Source of the DNA: Eledone cirrhosa
Taxonomy: Eukaryota
Assembly: GCA_964016885.1 (NCBI GenBank)
Contig: OZ024748.1
Span: 30,132,001-30,196,000, forward strand
Reading direction: 5' to 3'
Length of the DNA: 64,000 nucleotides
Part shown: positions 10,470 to 25,300 of the stretch, one piece after another
How the letters are laid out: each line of letters opens with the position of its first letter
Numbering within the stretch: position 1 is the stretch's first letter
The notes under the pieces: generated by a model
The model's database searches: none
The model's input: the letters and a program-made list of their open reading frames with translations, nothing else
Told to the model about the DNA's origin: nothing
Position numbers and translations under genes: made by a program

Positions 10470-13400
10470 GTAAGTATTTCTTCTCATTATATTATTTCCA
10501 AAAAAGGACGGTGGATTGGCAGAGTTGGTAGAGCATCGGATAACATACTTCATGGCATATGGTTATAGCCTTTTATGTTCAAATCTCACCAAGGTTACCA
10601 CTGCCTTTCATCCTTATGGGGTTAATAAATGCATTGGAGACGATTTACTTGACATTCCCCTTTCCTAAAGTTGTTGGCCTTGTGTATAAATTAGGAACCA
10701 TTATATTTATTACAAATTAACTAAAAAAAAATATTTAAAATATTCTAATAATAGAATGAAAACCAAAAGAGATAGAGAAAAACAGGTTCACATAGTTGAG
10801 AAAATCAGCAAAGGCGCCAGAGTTTGAATTGAGAACGTTAAAGGCCATAACTATATGACACAAAGTATGTTGTCCAACTCATAGTCCTGCCAATCTAATA
10901 ATAGTATGATAATGAGGAGGAGGATGATGATAATGATAATGGTGATGATGATGATAATGATAATGATAATGGTGATGATGATGATGAATTTCATGATATT
11001 CATAATACTAATTTTCCCATTTTATTATTATTTCATTAGTTAAATCGATTAAAAGTGTTTGAAGAATACATGTCAAAGGTGAATGCAGAATCATTACAGA
11101 AATCACAGAACCAAATGGTTCCAACAGTAAGTGAGATATTTCTATTTCTACCTTTCTCTGTTGAAGAAATTGTGTATTGGAGTATGTTGGTATATGTAGT
11201 TATAACTACAACATACCTTGGTACATACAACTTGCCCTCACCAATTGTATTAAACTGCAATGATGTGACATAGTACAACATAAAGCAACATAGTGCAACA
11301 TAGAGCAACACTGTGTTACAAAGTGTTACTCAGTGCAACATAGAGCAATAGAAAGCAACATAGTGCATCAGAGTGCAACAATGCTTAATCCTAACCAGAA
11401 CTTCTGTTTGGTGCTTTTCGATGAGACATCTTTTGATGGCTGTTATGTTATTTATAGATATTTACTACTGCTGTTGTTTATATCATCATCAGCAGCAGCA
11501 GTGGCTGCAGTAGCACATACCACAGCTACAGCAGCAATCACCACAACTAACAACAATAATAACAATGACAACAACACCTACAACATTTTTAATACTACTA
11601 ACATCATCACTACCAATAACAATAACACCATCAATACTACCAAAACGACCTACAACACTACCATTACTACTACCACCACCATCAGCTACAACAATACTAG
11701 CAGAAACACCAGCACCAACCAACAGTAACCCATATTACCACTGCCACTATCACCAATATCAATATCACTCCACCCTCCCCACTTAACAAAACCACCACCA
11801 TCACTGGGACCGCTGCTGATGCCTGCAACTTGTTGATCTAGGTGGTAGTGGTAGAGGGGCCGTGTTTATTTATATTCCCAGCAACTTTCACCACCACCAC
11901 TATCACAATCTGGGGACAGTCAGTCTGTAGTTTATATCTATGAAGACTGAGCTGACTAGAGCTCTGGATTATATGTACTGTCATATTTAGTTGTATACTG
12001 CTGGGATTTCTAGTTCAATCCCAACATTTATCTTATTTTTTATGTGGACAATATGTGATATGATATTAAATTGTATAGTGTTAACAATATGTAATATGAC
12101 ACAAACAATTGAGAAGAAACTAGATGGTGCATGCACTAAAATGTTTAGGGTTGTCAAAACAGAAACTGGCATTAACGTATTACAAATGAAAGTTTATATG
12201 AAAACTGTCCCAAGATAACAACTACAATTGCTCAAAGATGGTTACGATTTGTAGGAGAAGTAAGTAGGAAGTTATACACAAATTACTGTTGTGGGAACCA
12301 ACAATGGGAGACATAGTAGAGGAAGACCTGCTTGAACATTCATCAATCAACTCTCAGACGATGCAAACCTCAGTAGAGAGCAGTTACCAGGAACAATGGA
12401 AAATTGTGAATTGTGGAGAGACTGTCTGGAATGTTCGCCTATAGTCACAATGATGATGAATATGATATTAAGCTGTGTTGTATTAACTGTATGTAATACA
12501 ATATCATGTTGTGTTGTATTAACTATATATAATACTAGCATTAAAGCCCGGCGTTGCTCGGGGTCATTAAGTTACCAAAGTTAGGTTGCAGCACTTTTTT
12601 GTCTGCCAGGCACTGGGTGAATGAATTGCAGACCTGGAAGCATGAGCTGCGCCAGCAGTGACAATTGTAGTTTCGCCTATGGATATTATCTCTGTGCAAA
12701 AAAGTGTTGAAATTTATTGTTTCACAGTACTTGCGCAACACGCGCGTAGACGATGCCAGCCGAACAACAGAGCTGCGATGGGGTTGTTCTGCATGGTTGT
12801 CTGTGTGTTTTCTAAATTTAAGACAGTAGGGAGGGTTGTGATATGAGGGAGAGTTAGCTGTTGTTTCTAGCAGGTTTAGTGACCTCATAGAGGATATGTG
12901 TTTTCTAACTTTAAGACAGTAGGGAGTGGTGTGATATGAGGGAGAGTTAGCTGCTGTTTCTAGCAGGTTTAGTGACCTCATAGAGGATATGTGTTTTCTA
13001 AATTTAAGACAGTAGGGAGTGGTGTGATATGAGGGAGAGTTAGCTGCTGTTTCTAGCAGGTTTAGTGACCTCATAGAAGATATGTTTTCTAAATTTAAGA
13101 CAGTAGAGAGGGGTGTGATATGGGGGAGAGTTAGCTGCTGTTTCTAGCAGGTTTAGTGACCTCATAGAGGATATGTTTTCTAAATTTAAGACAGTAGGGA
13201 GGGGTGTGATATGAGGGAGAGTTAGCTGCTGTTTCTAGCAGGTTTAGTGACCTCATAGAAGATATGTTTTCTAAATTTAAGACAGTAGGGAGGGGTATGA
13301 TATGGGGGAGAGTTAGCTGCTGTTTCTAGCAGGTTTAGTAACCTCATAGAGGATATGTGTTTTCTAAATTTAAGACAGTAGGGAGTGGTGTGATATGAGG

Positions 13401-16346
13401 GAGAGTTAGCTGCTGTTTCTAGCAGGTTTAGTAACCTCATAGAGGATATGTGTTTTCTAAATTTAAGACAGTAGGGAGTGGTGTGATATGAGGGAGAGTT
13501 AGCTGCTGTTTCTAGCAGGTTTAGTAACCTCATAGAGGATATGTGTTTTCTAAATTTAAGACAGTAGGGAGTGGTGTGATATGAGGGAGAGTTAGCTGCT
13601 GTTTCTAGCAGTTTAAGGAGACCCTGACATTACTTAGGTGGGGAGTATATAATGTATCTAATGTAACGGCGTGAAAACTAGCTGTCATAATTACAATTAG
13701 CACGCTTTTCTCTTTGCATGTATGTATATTTTTGTACGAGTGTATATTGATGTGTATGTATGTGTCTATGTACACATGCATGTGTATATATGTGTGTATA
13801 TATATATATATATGTGTGTGAGTGTGTGTGTGTGTGTATGTGTGTGTGTACGTAAATATATGCGTATATTAATTCGTTAACCTCTGTATTAACTCTACAA
13901 CTATTTAGCTTTGACAGTGGTCCCACTCGTATACTGTTGAAGATGAAGAGAAAGACTGTAAAAACTAGCTTATCTTTATAATTTAAAATTGATATACACT
14001 ACGATACTTTGTACATGTCAACGCTTCATTTTGCCTTATGACAGCTAGTTTTCACGCCGTTACATTAGATACATTATATACCCCCCACCTAAGTAATGTC
14101 AGGGTCTCCTTAAATAATTTATTGATAGCATTGTTGTAATTGTTGTTATTGTTCTAATTGAATGCCATTACTACTTCATATAGTAGCCTGTATTTTCTTT
14201 TCTTTTCTTGCCTGTGTATTTTCTTAATTCTCGCATGCTCCGAAGATCTGACTGGTTATAATTCTGTATTGGCGATCGAGTAACGCAAAATTAAGCGGAT
14301 AGCGATCTCTAGACATACCAGTTCAGTGAAACAAATGTAAGCTATGTGATTAAAAACTTTTTTGTATAGCAAACCATGTAAACCTTCTTTCCTGATATAT
14401 ATATATATATATATATATATAATGATGGAGGCACATGGCTTAGTGGTTAGAGAATTGGCCTTGCAATCGAAAGGTTGTGAGTTCAATTCTCAGACCGGGT
14501 GATGTGTTGTTTCCTTGAGCAAGACACTTTATTTCACATTGCTCCGGTTTACTCAGCTGTAGAAATGAGATGATAGAAACTGGGGTCAAAATAATTCCAC
14601 TGCAAAGTGGTCGGGAGGTGCCACGGCAAAAAAGCACCCAGCACTCACTGTAAATGAGGTTGGTGTTAGGAAGGGCATCCATCTGTAGAAATCAAGCCAG
14701 CATCAGTTTCCGTCCCACCCTTGCAAGCAGGGAAAAGCGGACGTAAAATGAAATGATGAAATGAAATGATGATATAATGTATATATATATATATATATAA
14801 TGTATATATATATATATAATGTATATATATATAATGTATATATATATATATATATAATGTATATATATATATATAATGTTTATATATATATATATAATGT
14901 TTATATATATATAATGTATGTATATATATATATATATATAATGTATATATATATATATATAATGTATATATATATAATGTATATATATATATATAATGTA
15001 TATATATATAATGTATATGTATATATAATGTATATGTATATATATATATATATATATAATGTATATATATATATATATAATGTATATATATATCATGTAT
15101 ATATATAATGTATATATATATATATATAATGTATATATATATTCTATTCTATTCTAAGGCGGGTAAAATTCCCGAGATCCATGGACGAGTTCTCTCCAGC
15201 GGTCTCTGTCCCTGATTATCGCTGCCATGTCCTGCGTCTCCAACAGACCAGTGTCTGTCCTTAGGGCATCAACATACGTTAACCTTGGTCTTCCTCTTCT
15301 AGTGTGTCATCACCAAGGTTAACGTATGTTGATGCCCTAAGTGTCCATGTAGGGGCTCCCAAAGGAGCACTGAGTGCAATGTCAACTCTGGATGTCGGTG
15401 AGCATGTCCAGCTAACCTCAGTCTCCTTTTTATCATCGTAGTAGACTATTGTATGCGCCTTGCACTGGAGAAACACCAGGACTCTGGCTTTACTGTGGCA
15501 CCGGCTCAGAGCAGGAGAGTTAGGGCGAAAAAGGTATCGGATGCTGAATTTGCCGACGACATAGTTTTGGTGACAAATACAGTGAAGGAGGCAGAGGATT
15601 TGATGCGGGAGGTTGAGACTGTGTCAATGAGTGTGGGGCTGAGAATGAATGAGACTAAAACAAAATATCTGGTAGAGAATGTTGAGAAGCCAGAGGGGAT
15701 CACTAATGTAGGCGGGAAGCCGCTAGAATTGGTTGAGGGCTTCCTGTATTTGGGAGCAAAGATTGGGAATACGGAAGATGATGTGGTTGAGAGGAAGAGC
15801 CACAGCTTGAGATCGGTGTGGAAGTCAGACCTTCGTAGAGACCTGAAGGTCTGCCTCTTCATTGTTGTAGTGGAGTCTGTGCTGCTGTATGGGTCTGAGA
15901 CTTGGACACTGACCAAGAAACTCACTCAGATGGTGGATGGGTGCTACACGAGAATGCTGAGGATGGCTCTGAACATTAATCAGTATACACTGAGGATGAA
16001 AAACTCAGAGCTGTATGGGAGCATCCCAAAAGTCAGCTCAAAAGTATATATATATATAATGTATATATATATATATAATGTATATATATATATATATAAT
16101 GTATATATATATATATATATATATATAATGTATATATATATATATATATAATGTATATATATATATATAATGTATATATATATAATGTATATATATATAT
16201 ATATATATAATATGTATATATATATAATGTATATATATATAATGTATATATATATAATGTATATATATATAATGTGTATATATATATAATGTATATATAT
16301 ATATAATGTATATATATATATATAATGAATATATATATATATAATG

Positions 16347-16419
<73 letters not shown>

Positions 16420-19309
16420 GTATATCTATATATATAATGTATATCTATATGTATAATGTATATCTATATGTATAATGTATATCTATATGTATAATGTATA
16501 TCTATATGTATAATGTATATCTATATATATAATGTATATCTATATGTATAATGTATATCTATATATATAATGTATATATATATATATAATGTATATATAT
16601 ATATATATAATGTATATATATATATATATAATGTATATATATATATATAATGTATATATATATATAATGTATATATATATATATATATATATAATGTATA
16701 TATATATATATATATATATATAATGTATGTATATATATATATATATATAATGTATATATATATATATAATGTATATATATATATATAATGTATATATATA
16801 TATATAATGTATATATATATATAATGTATATATATATGTAATGTATATATATAATGTATATATATATGTAATGTATATATATAATGTATATATATATATA
16901 ATGTATATATATATATATATATATGTAATGTATATATATATATAATGTATATATATAATGTATATATATATATATATAATGTATATATATAATGTATATA
17001 TATATATATGTAATGTATATATATATATATAATGTATATATATATATACTCAGAAAAATATACATATACAGTCACTGAAATATGTGATACCAAGTTATGT
17101 TGTATTAACTATACATCCTCCTCTACCCACACTTCTCCACCTCTGCCCAGTCAAAAGAAATGGTTATCAATTTATGAAGTGTAGCAATTTTGCCTGTGTC
17201 AGCTGATTCTAACTCTCCACTGATTAGCTCTGCTAGAACCTACCATTATTGTTATTATTATCTTTAGTCTTGCAATTCTTATTTAGATATCTCACTGTTG
17301 CTGCTGCTGTTGCTGTTGCTGTAGGTCCTTTCTCCTCTTCTACTCCCTCCCACCCCTCAATCTGTACTTTTCTTCTCCCTTTCTTCATTAACTGCTCTAA
17401 TAGAGTTTATCTATTATTGATCTGGCTTTGTCAGTTAGTAGGTGGCATGTGATTGAACCAATTTTCTATTCAGTGAATAATAACAAAACTGAGAGGGTAG
17501 GAGGAAGAATTAACGTCTAGGTTTCCCTTCTTCTCCTGCTTTCTTCTGTCTTCGGTTCTTCTGTCTTCCTTCAAAACTGCTTTCTTCTCTCTTCTTTCGA
17601 GGTTTTCTGTCTTCCTTCAAAACTGCCTTCTCTCTTCTTTCAAGATTTCCTTCTGTCTTCCTTTTAGACTTCCTTCCTATGTCTTCCCCCAAGACTGATT
17701 TTTATGTCTTATTTCAAAACTGCCTTCTGTCTTCCTTCAAAACTGCCTTCTTCTGTCTTCTTTCAAGACTGCCTTCTGTCTTCCATCAAGGTTGTTCTCT
17801 GTCTTCCTTCAAGACTGCCCTCTTCTGTCTTCTTCTCTGGCATGGCTGTGTGGTTATGAATTTTGCTTCATAATCACAGTCTTGAGTTCAATCCCACTGT
17901 ATGGCAAACTCAAGCAAGTGTCATTCATTTACCATAACCCCGGGTTGACCCAAGCCCTGTGAGTGAAATTTGGCAGATGAAAACTGTTTGGAAGCCTGTC
18001 AAATGGACTGTACCTGTAATTCAAAGGAGCCAGCCTTGTCACATATTGTGTCAAGTCAATTCTTCCTGAGAATTATATTAAAGGTACATGTGTCTAACCA
18101 CAAATGACACTTGCCCAAGATGCCATATAGTGGGATCAATCTCAGGACTTAATGATTGCAATGTCAATGTCTCAACCATTTGGCCATGGTGTGTGTCCTA
18201 TTACACTGTAGGGAACGATGATTGGTTGAGCCAGAACTCTATCAGGTTTGTCATATAATGATGCCAGGAAAACTAAGTATTATGTTGACTGTTTCAATCA
18301 AATTTTATGTAAGATTCTTTGATATGTTCCAAATATTATATAAATAAGGATATTACTAAATCCCTACAAATACTTGATTATTTTCAAAATTATTAAAAAT
18401 ATCCTAAACAATGTCTTTCATTGAAAATATGGTAGGTAAAAAAAGGGTTAATAGGTGAACTGGAATATGTGAAAATAACTGTCTTTAATATCATAATGAA
18501 AGGTTTAACATCTTTAATTAGAAATATGGTAATGAAAGATCTCACTTCTTCCAAATTTTGATACATTTCAGTGGTGGTGGTGGTGGTGATGATGATGGTG
18601 ATGGTGATGATAATAATGATAGTGGGGGTGTGGGTGATGATGATGATAATGGTGATTATTTTTTTTTGGGGGGGGAGGGGGCTAAATTTGATATGTGCAG
18701 TTGTCATCACCAAGTTTGTAGTATTCCTATTGTTGGCTCAAATGCATCCTCCCCCACTTCTGACATAATAATAACTGCCCCTACACACATACAGGCACGG
18801 CAGTGGTCTATATTTAGACATATATCTTGTAACAAAGGGTTGGTTACACTAAAATGTCTCTTACTCAACAAAACAGACCTACTTTCACAAATATCCTGTT
18901 ATGTAAGGGAAGGAGGTGGACGCGGGGGTGCATCAGGACAATTCAATTTATTATTATTATCAGTAGATTGGCAATATCAGTAGAGCGTCGGACACCATGC
19001 TTCATAGCATAGAGTTACCGCCCTTTACGTTCTGAGTTCAAATCTTGCCAAGGTTAGCTTTGTCTTTCATCCTTATGGGATTGATAAAAAAAAGTACCAG
19101 TAATGCACTGGGGTGAATTTAATCGACTTTCTCCTCCTCTTTAAATTGCTGAGTTTGTGCCTATAGTAGAAATAATTATTAGTTTTTGATATTTTTTAAT
19201 TTCTTTGTTTACTTTACATTTGCCATTGCTAAACTGGAGTTTTGAGAGTTATCTAGGGGAACGGGGTATCTTCGCTATCTCTCTCTCTGTATGTATGTAT
19301 GTATGTATG

Positions 19310-19350
<41 letters not shown>

Positions 19351-22300
19351 TCATCATCATCATCACCGTTTTATGTCCGTTCTTCCACACATTCACGCTC
19401 TCTATTTATCAATTGTTTTCCTTCTCATAAACAATTCAAGACAATTTCTCAACAATATCCATCCTGTACATTTCTTGCAGTAACTTCAGCAGATCTTTGT
19501 GTGTCCTGTATCTGGATCTGTGTGTATCTGTGTATGTATATGTGTATGTATGTGTGTATCTGTGTATATGTGGTGCTACTGGTAACATGTATCACAGTAC
19601 AAACTGTCTCATGGTCGGGTCATTGGCGACTAAACTGGCAACCCCACCAAGGTTTCTTGGTGAGGAGGGTGACTTTGGACATCCTGCAGGACTAAAAACA
19701 AAACCTGTCAAAGGGCAAAGGAGCTCTTAAGAGTCAATGGCCATCCAAAATCACCGGGAGAGATGACCCCTTAGCCTTTATCAAGTCAGAATTCTAGGAG
19801 AAGGAAAACTCTGATATAACACCTGCAACCCTGATGGTATCCAATGATGTTGACTTGTTCTTCTTTTTGGTAAATATCATCTTGGTTAAGAGAGTGGGAC
19901 TGGCTTTGTGCAGTGCCTTTGCTCACTATAAAAGCTTCACAGCACAGGCATTGCTTTATATCTGGAGATCTCTCTGCACTTGTCGTCACAAGGTACCATG
20001 GGCCCAGCACTATGTGTCAATAATTGTCACAAGTGTAGTCTTTGTACCAGAGTTTTCAAGTCGCTGGCTGGACTAAAAAGTCACACTTGTTTAACGGATC
20101 GGTAGGGGTTCTCCTACATGGATATAAAGTAGTGGCCGTACTCGAAAACGAGTTGGCAGCCACCATCTGTGTATATGTCTGTGTATGTGATCATCCCATT
20201 AACAGCCACACATTAATATAATCACCACCTACCACTACAACAACTAACCCACTACTACCACTACACCACTACAATCACCACCACTCCACTACGACAACTA
20301 ACCCACTACACCACTACAACCACTGCTACACCACTACAACAACTAACCCACTACTACCACTACACCGCTACAACCATCACCACACCACTACACACCACCA
20401 CTACACACCACCACTACCATCACTACACCACTATACACCACTACACCACTACAACAACTACACCACTACAACAACTACACCACTACAACCATCACCACAC
20501 CACTACAACAACTACACCTCTACAACCATCACCACACCACCACTACACACCACCACTACATACCACCACTACACACCACCACTACCATCACTACACCACT
20601 ATACACCACTACACCACTATAACAACTACACCACTACAACCATCACCACACCACTACAACAACTACACCACTACACCTCTACAACCATCACCACACCACC
20701 ACACACCACCACTACAATCACAACTACACCTCTACAACCATCACCACACCACCACACACCACCACTACAATCACAACTACACCACTACAACCATCACCAC
20801 ACCACCACACACTACAACCACCTTGGTTGTTCACAGGCGATAATTCCATTGTTAATCCAGTTGTTGTAGATGTGTCATCACGACTGGCTTAACTCTCAAC
20901 ATTTATATCTGGGAATTCGCTGTCCTCCTCCACCATCTCATAACCCCAAACACACACACACACACATACACACACACTCATATATATATATATTGTTATA
21001 TTTAGGGAGGGTCATATTGTTATAATATTGCCAGAAATAATAATAAAACACACTCACTGTTTGGTTTGGATTGGTTTTCGCTTCTGTATATTTTATATCC
21101 CTATAGTTAATTTATCTGGCAATCAATGTTTATCATTGATTGACCCAACAGTTAAAAATATATAGATATAAATGTGACATCATCAATGATACTCACTGAT
21201 GGTGTCACAGGTGTGACATCATATATACATAAGTGATGGCGATATCACAAATAGCGCCCAGCCCACACTGTAAAGTGGTCATATAGGTGTCACAGCAAAA
21301 CTCACCCAGACCATGCTGTAAAGTGCCCATAATGTAACTTCTAAAATTTGTATCTTTATGCAAGCACCTCACAGCATTTATACCCCTTAGCTCCACACCT
21401 TTGCATGTCTAGCTGTTGGTCTTCCACAAACAACCTTGCCGAGACTTGTATCTTGGCGGGGAACTTTCTAGATGCAAATCCCATGCCCATTTATGACCAA
21501 AGGAGATCTTTACCCTTTTACAGTTGTTTTTATTGGCATCATTTATAATGTTTACTAATTTTCTTTTCTGATCAGACTGACATAATAGATGTGTGTCCAG
21601 ACCCATTAACTTTGGCACAACAACTGACCAACATTGAACTGGTAAGTATTCAATATACACAGCATCACTGAACCCATGTCATGGGGCCTACAAAACTAAC
21701 CCCTTATTGAAATTATTCAATCTCTAATATAGTTCAGGATAGAGAAAGTACAAAATGAAAAAAAGAGAATGAAGCAATGAAAGAAAGGGAGAGAGGGAGG
21801 GGGGGGACACTATACCACAGTCTGAGTGGTGATTTGGCAATGTCCTGCAGACAGAATGTCAAAGGCATTGCCACAGAGAAAGGCCAGCGACACCCACTGA
21901 AACAGTCATTCCACTTCATGAGGCACATTCCTCAGTCTTTCCAATTTTGTGGAGGAAATCGGCAGTGTGGAGACCAAGAACACCAGACATCTCAATGTCA
22001 ATGTGGAGACCAAGAACACCAGATGTCTCAAAGTCAATGTGGAGACCAAGAACACCAGATGTCTCAATGTCAATGTGGAGACCAAGAACACCAGATGTCT
22101 TAATGTCAATGTGGAGACCAAGAACACCAGACGTCTCAATGTCAATGTGGAGACCAAGAATACCAGACATCTCAAAGTCAATGTGGAGACCAAGAACACC
22201 AGATGTCTCAATGTCAATGTGGGGACCAAGAACACCAGATGTCTCAATGTCAATGTGGAGACCAAGAACACCAAACATCTCAATGTCAATGTGGAGACCA

Positions 22301-25300
22301 AGAACACCAGACATCTCAATGTCAATGTGGAGACCAAGAACACCAGACATCTCAATGTCAACGTGGAGACCAAGAACACCAGACATCTCAAAGTCAATGT
22401 GGAGACCAAGAACACCAGATGTCTCAATGTCAATGTGGAGACCAAGAACACCAGACGTCTCAATGTCAATGTGGAGACCAAGAACACCAGACGTGTCAAT
22501 GTGGAGACCAAGAACACCAGACGTCTCAATGTCAATGTGGAGACCAAGAACACCAGACGTCTCAATGTCAATGTGGAGACCAAAAACACCAGACGTCTCA
22601 ATGTCAATGTGGAGACCAAGAACACCAGATGTCTCAATGTCAATGTGGAGACCAAGAACACCGGATGTCTTAATGTCAATGTGGAGACCAAGAACACCAG
22701 ATGTCTTAATGTCAATGTGGAGACCAAGAACACCAGACATCTCAAAGTCAATGTGGAGACCAAGAACACCAGATGTCTCAATGTCAATGTGGGGACCAAG
22801 AACACCAGATGTCTCAAGGTCAATGTGGAGACCAAGAATACCAGACATCTCAAAGTCAATGTGGAGACCAAGAACACCAGATGTCTCAATGTCAATGTGG
22901 GGACCAAGAACACCAGATGTCTCAATGTCAATGTGGAGACCAAGAACACCAAACATCTCAATGTCAATGTGGAGACCAAGAACACCAGACATCTCAATGT
23001 CAATGTGGAGACCAAGAACACCAGACATCTCAATGTCAATGTGGAGACCAAGAACACCAGACATCTCAAAGTCAATGTGGAGACCAAGAACACCAGATGT
23101 CTCAATGTCAATGTGGAGACCAAGAACACCAGACGTCTCAATGTCAATGTGGAGACCAAGAACACCAGACGTGTCAATGTGGAGACCAAGAACACCAGAC
23201 GTCTCAATGTCAATGTGGAGACCAAGAACACCAGACGTCTCAATGTCAATGTGGAGACCAAAAACACCAGACGTCTCAATGTCAATGTGGAGACCAAGAA
23301 CACCAGATGTCTCAATGTCAATGTGGAGACCAAGAACACCAGACGTCTCAATGTCAATGTGGAGACCAAGAACACCAGACGTGTCAATGTGGAGACCAAG
23401 AACACCAGACGTCTCAATGTCAATGTGGAGACCAAGAACACCAGACGTCTCAATGTCAATGTGGAGACCAAAAACACCAGACGTCTCAATGTCAATGTGG
23501 AGACCAAGAACACCAGATGTCTCAATGTCAATGTGGAGACCAAGAACACCAGATGTCTTAATGTCAATGTGGAGACCAAGAACACCAGATGTCTTAATGT
23601 CAATGTGGAGACCAAGAACACCAGACATCTCAAAGTCAATGTGGAGACCAAGAACACCAGATGTCTCAATGTCAATGTGGGGACCAAGAACACCAGATGT
23701 CTCAATGTCAATGTGGAGACCAAGAATACCAGACATCTCAAAGTCAATGTGGAGACCAAGAACACCAGATGTCTCAATGTCAATGTGGGGACCAAGAACA
23801 CCAGATGTCTCAATGTCAATGTGGAGACCAAGAACACCAAACGTCTCAATGTCAATGTGGAGACCAAGAACACCAGACGTCTCAATGTCAATGTGGAGAC
23901 CAAGAACACCAGACGTCTCAATGTCAATGTGGAGACCAAGAACACCAGACATCTCATTGGCAATGTGGAGACCAAGAACACCAGACGTCTCAATGTCAAT
24001 GTGGAGACCAAGAACACCAAACGTCTCAATGTCAATGTGGAGACCAAGAACACCAGATGTCTTAATGTCAATGTGGAGACCAAGAACACCAGATGTCTTA
24101 ATGTCAATGTGGAGACCAAGAACACCAGACGTCTCAATGTCAATCTGGAGACCAAGAATACCAGACGTCTCAATGTCAATGTGGAGACCAAGAACACCAG
24201 ACGTCTCAATGTCAATGTGGAGACCAAGAACACCAGACGTCTCAATGTCAATGTGGAGACCAAGAACACCAGACGTCTCAAAGTCAATGTGGAGACCAAG
24301 AACACCAGACGTCTCAATGTCAATGTGGAGACCAAGAACACCAGACGTCTCAATGTCAATGTGGAGACCAAGAACACCAAACGTCTCAATGTCAATGTGG
24401 AGACCAAGAACACCAGATGTCTTAATGTCAATGTGGAGACCAAGAACACCAGACGTCTCAATGTCAATCTGGAGACCAAGAATACCAGACGTCTCAATGT
24501 CAATGTGGGGACCAAGAACACCAGACGTCTCAATGTCAATGTGGAGACCAAGAACACCAGACGTCTCAATGTCAATGTGGAGACCAAGAACACCAGACAT
24601 CTCATTGGCAATGTGGAGACCAAGAACACCAGACGTCTCAATGTCAATGTGGAGACCAAGAACACCAAACGTCTCAATGTCAATGTGGAGACCAAGAACA
24701 CCAGATGTCTTAATGTCAATGTGGAGACCAAGAACACCAGACGTCTCAATGTCAATCTGGAGACCAAGAATACCAGACGTCTCAATGTCAATGTGGGGAC
24801 CAAGAACACCAGACGTCTCAATGTCAATGTGGAGACCAAGAACACCAGATGTCTCAATGTCAATGTGGAGACCAAGAACACCAGACGTCTCAATGTCAAT
24901 GTGGAGACCAAGAACACCAGATGTCTCAATGTCAATGTGGAGACCAAGAACACCAGACGTCTCAATGTCAATGTGGAGACCAAGAACACCAGACGTCTCA
25001 ATGTCAATGTGGAGACCAAGAACACCAGACATCTCATTGGCAATGTGGGGACCAAGAACACCAGACGTCTCAAAGTCAATGTGGAGACCAAGAACACCAG
25101 ACATCTCAATGTCAATGTGGGGACCAAGAACACCAGACGTCTCAGAGTCAATGTGGAGACCAAGAACACCAGACGTCTCAATGTCAATGTGGGGACCAAG
25201 AACACCAGACGTCTCAATGTCAATGTGGGGACCAAGAACACCAGACATCTCAATGGCAATGTGGGGACCAAGAACACAAGAGATCTCAACAGAGACTGAC

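Noticed and set aside
11333-11786. Thr/Asn-rich ORFs (also 18393-18983, 55610-55892)
   Set aside because: Trinucleotide low-complexity intron sequence without supporting splice context
12541-13533. ORFs with a 31-aa repeat
   Set aside because: Product of the 93-bp array; 91-bp units break the frame
14427-14500. tRNA genes at SINE heads
   Set aside because: A/B boxes are present but I found no full cloverleaf, and they always continue into the SINE body
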